A stretch of 64,000 bases of DNA. It comes from Salisapilia sapeloensis CBS 127946. Lineage: Eukaryota; Protista; Oomycota. The stretch spans positions 2,103 through 66,102 of the forward strand of contig JAADVB010000087.1 in the NCBI GenBank assembly GCA_023334545.1. The letters run 5' to 3'. Under the pieces are notes generated by a model, which did no database searches, had not been told where the DNA came from, and saw nothing but the letters and a program-made list of their open reading frames with translations. Both the position numbers and the translations under genes were made by a program. Position 1 is the stretch's first letter. Each line of letters opens with the position of its first letter. Below, in pieces: positions 34,213-46,900 of the stretch.

Positions 34213-34586
34213 GGTTTGAAAATACCGGATCTTGATGCTGTGAAAGGTCCAGTAAGTCTGCCGGCCAGTGAAGCTAATCATGAACACAGACTAATGATAA
34301 TTTCTGCGCGATCTTTAAACTTTGACTCTCCCTAATCTACGGATAACTTTTGCTTGATGTGCACACTTTGACTCACCCTAATGCCGGCCAAGTATTCGTT
34401 TACTGCCGCAGTCAACGATCCTACGACAAATTCGACGTACCAGAGGGGTATTTGCATGACAAGTACAAACTAGGTTTCCATGCATGAATGAAGCCAGTCT
34501 CGAACGGCATTGTGTAACATCGATAACGCTTTTAGGCATCGTATAGAAAATAGAGCTTTTCAATTCAATCTATGTCGTCTTCATTT

Positions 34587-37102
34587 TCATTCGAATGTAA
34601 TACTACTGTGGTACGATCCATTCTTCACCAATTCGTGGAAGTAGTATTGGATCTGTGCAGCAGTCGGACGGTCTTCCGGGAGATTTGACAGGCACTTCTC
34701 TGCCAACGAACGAATCGATTTAGGGCATGCTTTTGGCAATGACGGGCGAAGGCTGCCTGAGGACATCTTATTCGCAAGAGACAGCACACTTCCTGCATGG
34801 CTATCATCTCGGACAACGTCGTAATACGGAAGTTCATGCGTTGACAGTCCGTCAGTATGACACCCAACGAGTACACATCACAGGCCTGTGTGTAGTGCCC
34901 TTCTTCTCTTAATATCTCGGGAGCCAACCACCGGACTGTCCCCACGCCTTCGACCGCCATCGTATTAATATCATGCTCTCGAGCAGTTCCACAGTCGCTC
35001 AGCTGTGCTAACATCGATCCGCTCAGCAAGACGTTGAGAGACTTGAGGTCTCGATACAGCAGTGGAGGAATAAACGAGTGGACCTATGCGAGTGCCTTGA
35101 CGATGTCAAACGCAATATGAAACTTTTCATCATTCCATTCCGAACGACAGGAAGCTTTCTGGAGATAGTTTCTTGAATCTCCGTTCTCCATATACTCAAA
35201 TAGCGCCTGGAAGTCAGTGCGTTTGGTCCACGCAGCTCCAACGAGTCTCAAAACGTTCGGGTGCTCGAGCGATGCAACGAGTTTTATTTCTGCAATAATA
35301 TTTTAGATCTCGTTGGCACTCTTTTTCTCTTCACGGATCCGCTTGGAGGCGTATAACTCGCCGAGGTATTCGACCAACTAAACTACACCGAAAGCACCTC
35401 CGCCGAGTTTTTGAAGATCTCGAATGTCGCGGATATTCAGCTGGATATTGATCAGCTGCTGATCGCTCCAAATTGAGCTGTCTTCTTCCATCTTAACCCC
35501 TGCATTTGCTGCAAATGTCGGTGAGCTGGCCTCCGCGTAGTTTAAAGAGCGTGTCTGCAGCGATTTAACTTGATTTCGTCGCTTTACGAAAAAGTAGGCT
35601 AGAGCAGCGATGATGACTCCGACTATGACGGTGGTGACGATGATATAAACGACAGTGGATGAAGATGAACCATCTCATTCAATAGCTATGTTGGCTGAGG
35701 AAGAAGATAGTGCTGTGTCGTTGGTGTCATACTGGCTTGAGGCAGCTTTTTCACTTATGCAAACTGCGAAATCGGTAAAACGAACGTTTTTAGCCTCTCC
35801 ATCCGGACAGTCTGGCGTATCGTTTCCAATTTCATAAGGATTTGTGTAAATGGTTTTGCTTATCACTTCAAAAAGCGCGGGAGACACCGTTCGTTCGATT
35901 AATGGATTGCTACCCAAGTATCTACACGCAAACACTGTCTTAAATTTCTTATCGTCTCCAACTAAAAGAGGTAGGAATACAGCTCGCAAAGGTTGTGCAT
36001 GCTGGCGATGGCTTATGGAGTTTTCCCAATGAGTTATTAGGTAAATGCCTGTAAATACAGCATTAACATTGTGCCATGTCACTTGGTACATGGGAGTACT
36101 TACAGATATTGAAGGTTAGTAAATTCGCCTTCGAAAGGTCCCAGGTCGTTGAAATCTAATCTACTACGCATAGATCAGAATTGTCAGTTGGCTCGACGGT
36201 GAAATTGCATAACTATATACTTGCAGTTGGACAAGGCTGCCAAGTCCCATCTCGGCAGGATAGCTTTTGATATAATTACTCTGCAAATACCTATTAATTG
36301 ATTTCAGTTTTTATGATAACATTATAGATTAACCATGACGATGCACTTACAGAATTCTGATGTAAGTCGCTTGCGATACGTACGGCATTTCTTGGAGTTG
36401 ACAATTGTTCATGGTCAGTATTTTTAGCTCAGAAGGCAGGTCTACTAGCGATGGCGCGTCTTCAGAAAAGCCAATATAGCGGAACTTGACATTCACAACA
36501 GAATTTTCATGGGAAAGTGTTTCGTCTGAAAATTTTACACTAACACCCTTTTTCTTCACGCTATAATTGCATTCATATCCGCACAATATCCTATGTTGCC
36601 GAGCTTAGTGTCAGTTAGCGATGAAATTCATAGTGTCCTACCATCCCTCTACGCTGGAGCTAAAATGAAGATCAACTGCATCGAGATACTTGTCATCGAG
36701 ATGAGGGGAGTCTGGCTTGAAATCGTTTATGGTATCTTCGAAAGTGACAACGAAGGTGAAGGATTCAGATGAAGATGAACTCAAGAACAGGGTAAAACAT
36801 TGTTACTGGTAGTTTAAGTCTGTGTCTGCTTCCTGGCATTTGCTCCATGTGTCTTCGCTGTCCTTAATGTCTTCTGATATAACATTACGATTGCACGGGT
36901 TTTTATCGTTGATATTATAAATAACGCAAGCGTCATACCCCTCATATTCGCCGTGACAATCTGGTTGCATGAGTAGTGTGCTGGTGGCAACAAAATCGCT
37001 ACCATCATTGCTCAAGCCATCGATGCCCAGAATCCTCCCTGCAAGGAAATGTAATAGCAGGACAAATGCAGAAACCATTATTGGTTTTGTGCTGTTGTTC
37101 AT
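34587..37102 (-). pseudogene. LRR receptor-like tyrosine-kinase-like (TKL) kinase pseudogene
   Basis: Signal peptide (from ATG 37102), Cys-rich N-terminus, LRR-like exons, TM helix VVYIIVTTVIVGVIIAALAYFFVKRR and a kinase domain (LGGGAFGVV, LEHPNVL, RDLKSLNVLL, GTVRWLAPE, DVYSLGVIL). In-frame stops at 35378-80, 35303-05 and 35084-86, plus a 1-bp frameshift near 34848. Confidence 0.9.
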
Positions 37103-39136
37103 CGTCTCGCTTCGTTGTACGTAGTGAATACCAGCTCGCTCTTTATACTCTAAGTCCAAATGACTTTACAGATCCCACGGTAGATCGAATTATCGCAGGA
37201 GTTTCGAGAGAAGTGCTGATGTTTAATTTTAACTGTGCAGTGTCCATAACTGGACTTCACCTTCATTCCACAGTTACGCATTTGAGACATTTTGAAGTAT
37301 AATACTAGGCACGGGTTATTCAAGCACCAGGAGTCGTTTCTACAAACAATTCTTGTCAACAGACACATCGAGAAGAATCGCATGGACTCATAATCGCATA
37401 ATGAACCTAAAGCATACATTCAACTCACCTTAAGTTATCGGATAAATAAGACACTCACAGGCTGTCACTTACTTGCAAACATATACTATAATCGCTTGGT
37501 GTACAGCAATTAAAGCGAAACGTAGCCTATCTAATGTTTATCCACATGACGCTCCCTTCTTTACTAGACTTACTGGATTCTTCCATAGAGTGCCCTCTGG
37601 GCATTCGCGCGAGCTCATATAGCCTTATAACGATAACTTGAAATCTATTTAAAGATCACTTGCGGAAAGCTTATGCTGTGAGATGCCTTTATCAGAAAGC
37701 CAGTGTAGCTGGCCTTCCGAAGCTCAACGGATGAATAATCAGTAGATAGCAAAAAGTAGTAAATTTGCCATTCCGTAAAATCTTAGGTGACTGTAAGCAC
37801 ATCCTTTGGATGGCGCGAGCAAGACGAGTGCTCCTCACTTCCCAAGTAGCGGCAGTCAGAGCAAGAGGGCTTGGAACAAGAACTTAGTACAAAGTTACCA
37901 AACAAGACACTGTATATTTGTGTTCGGATATCAAGTTACTATTGCCTATCATCTATCCCTGATTGAAGCTCTTGTATGAAAAATCTTTTTATAAAAACCT
38001 GTGATGATGCCATATTTATACTTTTTCAAGTTCACAAATTATGAGAGCATCACCATCGGTTGGACCTATAAGAGGTCTTAACGCGGCCTTTTGGACCTCA
38101 AAAATAAAATAAAAGCACGAGCATGGTCATGCTTCCCACCGGCAGAGTTTCATATTTTTGTGGTGCTGGATATTAGTGATTGCTACTTAGTTTTAAATAA
38201 GACTTAACGCAATATGAAACATTTTTCTTCTGTAAGGAAAGAGCATGCAAGTTCCTCTATCTCCGCCACTGACCATTCCGTTCCTTTTCCCATTTTGCTT
38301 TCTTTAAATGAATTATCCTATTGCACTGCTATTTTGAAAGCATGCCTGGTTAAGTCCAGACATATCGAAGACTTTAGGTCGCAAACTCAGAAATTTAAGA
38401 CCTCCGCAGGTAAAAACCCCTCTTAAGACTGATGGGTGCACACGTACTTGGCTTTAAAACTGGCAATAGGCCTGACCGGTGATGATGCTCTGAACGATTG
38501 TAGAGCATTGCGCCTTCTCTTTATTTGCCAGCATTGTGTTTGGTAGTTATGTCGGCTATCGTGCGCTCAGTGCCACTACTGTGCGCAACGATAACTATAG
38601 AATGACAAGACGTATCCTACAATATAGCCCACTGTTTGTGGAATCCAGCTATAGGTTAGATGCCAACGGATCGTTTAGAACCATCATTGCTGTGACTTTA
38701 TTAAAAAAGACACTCTCGGATATGATGCGACTGAACTGCAGGTAAATATGTCTACAAAGCATGACTGAACTTCATCCGACTAAAGTGCTGAATGAAACTG
38801 CATAAAATTAGCAACTGGCAAGTCTGATGACTACTTTGCAAGCATGGGTGTCAATTGAGTATGATGCGGAAAGAATTTGTCAAACGGAGCAATTCTTTTA
38901 TGTATGAATTACGATGCCAAGCAAAGTGGAGGTTTTACGCAAAACTACCGCATTTCTGTATACGTTATTATCTATTCTACTTAAGCTTGAGTTGTATGAA
39001 TCGTGCCCAAAAAGCTGACAGAAACATATGTTACCAATTTAGATGTTTCCTGCAACCGAGTGACGGTGTAGTTTTTATTTCAACTTATCTGATACTCCTC
39101 TCTCCACCTTAAAGATTATAAAAAGGATGATACTAT

Positions 39137-40159
39137 TTAACCTGCTAAGAAATCTTGCCTCTTGGCATCTTCGTTTATCACATACTCAATCCATGCGTAT
39201 ATGTAAGATACACGAAGAAAAATACCAGGAGCCGTTCCGCACATTTCACCGGTCGCTACAGAGATCCCAATTTGTCTCCCATCATACATTAATGGACCAC
39301 CTGAATCCCCTTTGCATATCCCTTTTTGAGGTTTTTCATGAGACTTCCATGTACCTTTACCAGCGCACAAGTACTCGAAATGAATTGGACTAGTAAACCA
39401 GGACTGGCACGCTTTCTTTGGTTGAAACGTTAGCCGCGTGTGCTGCAGTTGGTTTGGGTAGGAGTGAGATATAAAGTCATCCGTTCCCCGCCATGAGCTT
39501 TCAACTGCGCCCCAGCCATACGCATCCGCCCGAGACATCCGCCAGAGTAAATGACTCTCTCGATAACTGCGTATTGTATCGTAATCGACAAAATGGCGAT
39601 ACCGCTGGGATACATTATGGCGAAGCACAATGATCCCTGCATCGTACTCACTTATAGAACGGCCATCGTTTTGCTCAAAGTATGGGTGCACCTTAACTCT
39701 GCTTACCTCAATCAGCTCACCAGAATCGGCGCCGGTCTTTTCACTGTTTCCAATGGAAACATACAGGCCTTTAATCGGTACAAATCCCGCATATTTTCCA
39801 TTTCGGATTCTGGCTTCAGCTACACAATGGCCTGCAGTCAATACAAGTCGGCTTGTTAGCAGCGTTCCACCACAGACGTTTGCTCCTTGCCTCGATTCAC
39901 GTATGCCGACCATGAAAGGGATGCTTTCCCATCCAATAGTTTTCCCGTTGAAAATTCTGTTTTCATCGTCTTGAGTCGAAACAGAGTGGAGTTTGACCAT
40001 CGCGTCCGCATCCGTTCCATCTCGGAGTGTCTTTCTTTTGATTCCGCTCAAACCTTCAACAGAAGATACTCTGAGGCATATTGCCATCAACAAGATGATC
40101 ATCAAGTTAAAGGGGAGAACACTTCGACTTTTCATCGATTTAGTGCTTTGCTTTCGCAA
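39137..40159 (-). CDS. Secreted chymotrypsin-fold (S1A) serine protease, copy 2
   Basis: Signal peptide, R|IFNG, CGGTLLTSRLVLTAGHC, YDAGII, CKGDSGGP. Colinear paralogue of 32421-33425. Confidence 0.93.
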   Translation of the reverse strand: MRKQSTKSMKSRSVLPFNLMIILLMAICLRVSSVEGLSGIKRKTLRDGTDADAMVKLHSVSTQDDENRIFNGKTIGWESIPFMVGIRESRQGANVCGGTLLTSRLVLTAGHCVAEARIRNGKYAGFVPIKGLYVSIGNSEKTGADSGELIEVSRVKVHPYFEQNDGRSISEYDAGIIVLRHNVSQRYRHFVDYDTIRSYRESHLLWRMSRADAYGWGAVESSWRGTDDFISHSYPNQLQHTRLTFQPKKACQSWFTSPIHFEYLCAGKGTWKSHEKPQKGICKGDSGGPLMYDGRQIGISVATGEMCGTAPGIFLRVSYIYAWIEYVINEDAKRQDFLAG

Positions 40160-40932
40160 ATATAATAGAGAACGGGATTAGCCTCTTAATCGCAACCACT
40201 ACACGATATATACCATCCACAAAAACAGCCACGATATCCAAGGACATAGCATCATAAATGAGTGGTAACCTTGCTTTTTATACCTGAACAGTGTCTTCGT
40301 CGTGTACTCGTATAATTCATTTATGTTTCCTTCGAGTGTCCATCATCGGTGGCCAAGCTTCAAGCTTCTAGAAAACTAAAGTAACGACCAAAGTCAGATG
40401 CACCATCCGTTTGTAGATAAGGAAAAAGTCAGAGCTGGCATTTGCGTCTACTAAAGCATTAGTCCTATATCTAAACTTGTTTTGAGTATTTTGCGTTATG
40501 CAGGTCCACACGAGTTCAGTCAACTGTATAGTCCAATAAAGGACTTCTCAGATCATGAAGATGACAAATAATATGTCCTGTTTTGATCCACGGTATCGAT
40601 CGGAAAACCCTGTCCATGAATATTTGTGGACTGTGAGAATGGAAACTTCTGCCATGTACGTCGGTGTACTTGATTCTAAATCAATAAATTGAGTTCCTAG
40701 ATACATTTGATGGGTTAAATCGACTATCAATCGAACTTAAGGTGTGATTCGAAAGCTGGCCTAAGCTCAACTTAATTTCACACATTCCTAATAATCAACC
40801 TTTCAAAAGATTCTACCTATCTAACCTATTCGTTCTTGTAAGCAAATTATGCTACTCTACGTCTCTATCTCTATGTAAATTGCAAATAGAAAGCAATTTC
40901 AATTGCAAATAATTGTATACACGTATATTTCT

Positions 40933-43900
40933 TTATGTGTCGAGATTGAGTAAGAAAGCTGTGCCGTTCATAATCCAATAATCTGGCTTCTTTCTAGTCG
41001 GAAGGTAGACTGCGATAACAAAGTTCGTCGAAATGCCCGTGGTTGACAACGTTCCTTGACGTACGGATGTCTTATAGACTGGACAAGCATAGTCAGCCTT
41101 GTTGCGCTGGACGTTCGTGGCTGGTAGAAAGTGGACAATTGCCATAGGAGAAAACATTTCACCATGCCGCGCATCTTGCAGCACAAACTGGTTTCGGTCC
41201 CAACGTGCACCTTGAAGCCACAAACCATCGATATATACACCATCATTCGGACTTTCAGTTAGCTCCTCAGCACTGTCGACTTGACATACGTTGAAGACGA
41301 ATGCGAGTGAGTCGATGGCTGTCTGATACTTTCGCGCAAAGTTCTGTAGCGTGCCAGTCATAAAGCCTTGTGGAAAGAAGAAGACGCTCAGGTCAAATAC
41401 AACTGGCTCTCCGTTCAATAACCAATTGCGGAAGAATACGACTCGATCCAACAGGTCCTTCGTCCAAGATCCCAGAGGCTTAAGCGACGCAAAACTCACT
41501 GCTGCCCACAGCTGAGGCACCTTTCCGTTCAAGAAGGCGGTATACATGTTATCCAGGTCAGACGACATGACAATAAGTCCATTGATAGCTCGTTGGATAT
41601 CGCCTAGCGAGCGCCTCATGCGATCCAACAAAGTATTAAACTTGACTAGCTCCTGACTTAGTACAGTCGCCAAGGAGTCCATGACCACCGTTCCTGCCAC
41701 CTCTCGTGTTTTGAAAGTAGTCGGTCCAGCTAGTTCCGGATCTAGATTCTCCGGCAAGTTTTCAAGTAGATTCGTGGCAATGTCCATCACTCGCTGATCA
41801 CTTGAGATGGCACTCGAGTCACCACCTCCGCCGTCTCGTGGCTCAAGTCCTAAGATAATCTTTGTCATATATGCACTCTCGTTGCGTTCGTACGTGACGT
41901 TCGCATTGTCGTGCATGCCGAAGAGCTCTGGGTTATCGAAAGCAGGAAGTTGTTGAAGGTACTCTAGCATTCCACTGTAGCTTTCTACCTGAGGCACACG
42001 GTACAGACCAGACTCGGAGAATTTATAATCCGGATCGAGGACGTCTGGTGTGTAGAAGTTTTCAAGCAAGCTCATGAGACACCTGCGATCCCAGTCGTCC
42101 GTGACACGGCCTCCATAGTTGATCTGACCTGTCACGTACTGCAATGCATCCCAAGGGACTAGAGGCTGTTCTTCCAGGAACTTTTTCAAACTAGCGATCG
42201 AAGTCTCAAGGTCCGTGTCGTTAAACTCGTACTTGATGTTCCAGCCAAGAGCTCCGAACTTGCGTCGCTCTTGAACGATAGCATGGAAGAAGGTGAGTGA
42301 GCACAGTAACGTTTTCCATCCTTTGGATTTAGTCAGTCCGTCATCGAAAGAGCCCAACTCACTGAAACCTTCGTACGTGTCATCTGACACGAGAGTTGTG
42401 AAAGAACGCACGAGGTTGGCTCGGATCCCTTTCGGCGGTTCATTCGTCAACTTGACTCCGTTCTGGAGGACAGTGACTGGGAAGTACGCCGCTGGGAAAC
42501 TCGTTAGATACAATCGGAACGAGTTATCACAATCTTCCTCTGAACACTGCGCTAGGTCCTCGACAATCTTCTCTAGCTTTGGCATCCAGCTCTTTGCTAG
42601 ATGACAGTTCTGCAAGAGAACCCAGTCACCTACTTTCTTACTTGAATTGATAAGCTGCTCTGCTCGTGGACCTTGGCCTTGACCTAGTGAGATGAGGTGC
42701 AAGCGGTCGTTGAACTGCATCTCCTTTGCAAATCGGAGTAGCATACCAGTAGGGTCAGCACCAGCAGACAGTACAAAGATGCATGGTGTCTTCCGATCAA
42801 TATCGGCGTAGATTTCGTCCATGGTAGTAGGAGCAAGGCGTCCAAACTCGTCCCCCATCTCGGTCGAAATCAAGTGCACGATGGCTGCAGGAACTTTCTC
42901 TTCTGCCAAAGCCTTTAGCAGCAAGAGAAGCTGGAAAGAGGTTAGTATTGTGGTGTATTCTTCTGGAGAAGGGGCTGTGAGCAAGTCTGGGCGCTTGAGC
43001 CATTCCGACCATGCACTCCATTTGAGTGAGAGGGAGGCAGCTAGTCCAGAGAAAGCATAGTGGTCTTCATACAGAGCGTCATCAGAGGCAGTTGCTTCAG
43101 ACTCATTTCCAGACAGGATAGTCCTGGAAGTGACAACGGATTCCAGCTCGTTTACTAGATCCCATTGCAGCTCCGACAGTCGGTCGGGTGCTGGGTTTGT
43201 TGGACGATCCGCAGCGTGTTCAGTGGAAGGTGGCGCTCCTCTCAAGTACAGCGACCACTCCCGAGGAGAAATGCGACCCGAGTGCATAAGAATCTTGCAG
43301 CAAATCAACATGGAGAAGAGCACTTTGTGTACTTCGAATAGACCTCGACAAATATTGACGTAAATGTATCTGGTCTGGAAGTCGATGAGGTTTTGTAGTC
43401 GCACTGGCAGATCGTTCGAGGGAGGTGCCTCGTCAAAGCAGATATTGAATAGACGCTGAAAGTATGGTAGTGAGTACTGGTACATTGGATCAATAAGTGC
43501 CAAGTCAGCCACGACAAAGTAGATGATAGAACCACGTGTCGCTACACCACGATACGCTTCTCGCGCTTTGTTGATTTCAATCTCAGTAGCTTCGGATTCG
43601 ACTACTCGCTCCTTGATTACTTTTGATGTCGCGTTAGAAGACTGCAGCGTGTCAATAAGATCCTGGTCGTCCAAAACGTTTCCGGACGACTCGGACAACT
43701 GCTTTAAAATACGGTCTTCAATGTCCTGAAGCTGCTTCTTATCCTGTGCCATCGTAACTACGAGTCTATTCTTCTTTTCCTCTATATCAGGACGCTCATG
43801 CTTCACAGCATCACCTAGTAGCTGGTTCTCCAGACCGTCCATGGTCACTGTAAAGTTGATGACAGTCACTTTGATATACACTTCTGGTAGGTAGTGTGGG

Positions 43901-46900
43901 TTTGGAAGCTTCGTCGTCAAGTATAGCTGGAAGGCAGGGTCATAGTCGACGTCTGAATCTCCGAGACGAATCAAGAGACGACCGCTTTGCTTGTAAATGG
44001 CTTTTTGAAGGACAGGTTCAAGTGAAGGTTCGAGAGACTCGTCAATGTCTTCAATGAGAAGCGCCTTGCCGTTTCGAATGCACGTTTCGAGAATGCGAAG
44101 TAAGTTCGGGTTCGTCATCTTCGTTACATCCAGCTTTTCACCACCGACCATCTTTTTAATCCACTTGTTCGCCTGGCCTTGCGGATCAATCATGAGTGGC
44201 CAGCGCTCTCCTCTCGTCACCAAAATGGCGTTATCTGTGGAAGTTGCGTCTGTCGGAAGACCGTTCAACTGCCAGTCTCGTGTTTCGACAGCGCTACCGA
44301 GCGTATTCGACAGAGAGTATCCAGCCGAGCACGGGATCTCTAGTCGCTGAACCTCAGACAGCCATGAGGAAACAATCCGGTCTCGAAATGAGCCAGTGAA
44401 TGGACCATAGTACGAAATACAAGCAGAGGCTAGGAAAGTATCACCGATAAGATCTAAAATGGAGTTGGAGAGCGACGAAACGCTTTCTTTCCATCGTGCA
44501 CCTTCGACAGATAGACCCGAAATGAGCTTCTCCGCACGTTCGAGTCGTTTTTCAGTCACACCAGCATCTTTCGCCAATCGATCCTTCTCATCTAGTGTTT
44601 CTTGACACTGTTTCTCCAACAGAGCTACCTTTTCGTTGACAACACGTAGCTCTTCTTGCTTTTCATGCAAGACAGCATTCGCGTCTGCGAGCTTCTTGTT
44701 CATCCGCTCCAGGTTCTCTCGCTTTGGACCAACTTCCTTTGCGACTTTCGAGTACACGTCCATGGCATGTACCCACATGCACAAGGAGGTAGCAGCCTTG
44801 GACACTTTCGAGACCACTTCAACAGCCATACCCGGGTTTTCTACGGATTTACTCAGCTTCTTTAGTGTCGCTGCTGGAATATTGTCTTTATCAAACGTCT
44901 TTAACTTGTCTAGGAACGCTACGTCGTTAAGTAGTTTCTTAGCTCCTTCCCACGTTTGTTTTTCGTTCAAGAGCAAGCAGACAGCACTCATGACTGTTTC
45001 CACAGCCTCTGGCGGCTTTGTAAAGGACTTTACTTCGGTAATATCGCTCTTGGATAAACTGTCGAGTGCCTTAATGGCATTGTTCAGGGCCGGCATCGCG
45101 ACGTCCAAGTCTTTCTGAGCGTCTGCTTGGACGACAGACACTTCCTCTGCCTGTTTGGCAACTACTGCTTCGTCCTGAGAGACTCGAACTCGCACGACGG
45201 CAGCAGCTTCTTGGTCTACCGAAACACGCTTGAGCAGGTCTTCCGCCTCGATCGCTTTCTGCTGCAAAATCGGCTGTAGCTGGATAAGCTCTGTCTTGAG
45301 CGAGTCGACAATGCTATTCGTATCCTCCAACTTACTGACGCCAACCTCCATCCGGCCCTTGATTGTATTTAAAGCGCCACGTTTTTCATGCAGCATCTTT
45401 ACATACAGTCCGATAAGATCCAAATAGCTTTTTGGAGTAGTGTACACATGTCGTTGTAGCTGTGCGAGGAACTCGTCTCCAAATGCATTGGAACTAGTGT
45501 GGACGATAGAGCACATTTCTACAAGAGATGTACGCAAGTCTTCAGACGGGAGGGATACATTTGCTAGCAGTCGGTCAGCAACGGATTGTAGCGCTTCTTT
45601 CGGCCAATTGTGATACCAATCGATTGTACAACAATTGATCAAAGAGGGAAATGCACGACAGCGCACTCGAAGGGCAGAGCCAACTGGTGACATTGCCAGC
45701 ACAATATGCAGATCGTTTCGTACGCGCTCTACAAACGTACTTAGACAATTGTCCCTCGTCTCCGGCAATCCCATCTCTTTGAGAACAGGTCTCATGTCTC
45801 CTACGATGCGATCTATTTCGTCTGGAGGAAACAGGTTCGGGACTTCACCACTGTTTAGGACATTGTTAATATCCTCTAGGAAACTCTCATCTACAATCTG
45901 ACTATCGGTGAAGAGAAAGACCGTTGGATTGCCCTGGACGCCAGCGCTGATCATCATCCGCTTGAGATCTTCGTGGAACTCATTCGAGCCATATCCTCTC
46001 GTTATCTCTATCTGCATGCACTTACTATCGACGATGAAAGACGCTAGTCTCGTAAGAGACTGCTTTCCACTTCCACCGACACCAATAAGCATGGCATTAC
46101 CTCTCGGCTGACGGAGGATGCGTGTGAGGCGACAGACATGCGCGACGGCATCTCTAAAGAAGACTAGGTTCATCTTGTTGGCAAAGGTCACATTGTAGCT
46201 TTCTAGAAAGTCGTCGAGGATCTTTGTCAGCTTAAACGCATCACCACAATTCTCATACAGTGGCGTCGGTGCGCCCGGCTTCAAGAAATCAACAAAGCTG
46301 AGTGGACATGCCGAGTGGAACAACGTTTCTGGCGTCCAATTGCATGCAAATACACGCGAAAGCAAGGAGCAAACGAGGTCTTCGTACCATGTCTGGTCTT
46401 TCGTATCATTTAGACGGTCCTCAAACACGCGAGAAACTTCGTGCACCCAAAGTTTATTCATCGTGTCTGTATCAGGACATCTGCCTGGTGTGATCATCAG
46501 TATACCTTGGAAGACTTTCGACACATCACGCAGGTTAAAAGTGTAGTGGAACTTGTTGGGCGTTGGCAATAGCTCCAAAGTGACTCGGTTGTAGATTTCA
46601 ATGACTGAGGAAATGATGGGATCTGTCATGGCGACGATTTTAGGTGGGAACTTTTGAAGGAAGCCGCCGAGAATGGATGAAAAGATGAGCTTCATCGACG
46701 CCTCGCTCGAAGGCATCATGCTCATGACGTGGAAGTGGCGTACAAACCGAGGCGTGCAGTGGGACCGCCCTCCACCTGCAGGTGCCGCAGATGTCAGCAG
46801 CATAGTATCGGCAATGTCCTTCCAGAACAGCTTATCTCGATCATAGAACCCACCAAAGTCAAGGAACTGTCGCAGCAGCTCAATTGGAGCTTGTGCACCG

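Noticed and set aside
35084-35380. Possibility of stop-codon reassignment or readthrough explaining the in-frame TAG/TAA codons in the kinase
   Set aside because: The same gene also has a frameshift and degenerate HRD/DFG motifs, and the other genes in the window end at standard TAA/TAG/TGA.
38073-38403. 10-bp inverted repeat gaggtcttaa / ttaagacctc, suggesting a MITE
   Set aside because: The arms are too short, there is no clear target-site duplication and no second copy in the window; compatible with chance in AT-rich DNA.
37150-39112. Scattered 60-110-aa ORFs in the spacer between the kinase pseudogene and protease 2
   Set aside because: Composition is AT-rich and non-coding-like; I found no transposase, reverse transcriptase or effector (RxLR/CRN) motif.
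32421-40159. Possibility that the two S1 proteins are glucanase-inhibitor proteins (GIPs)
   Set aside because: GIPs lack the catalytic triad, whereas His, Asp and Ser are all present in both copies.
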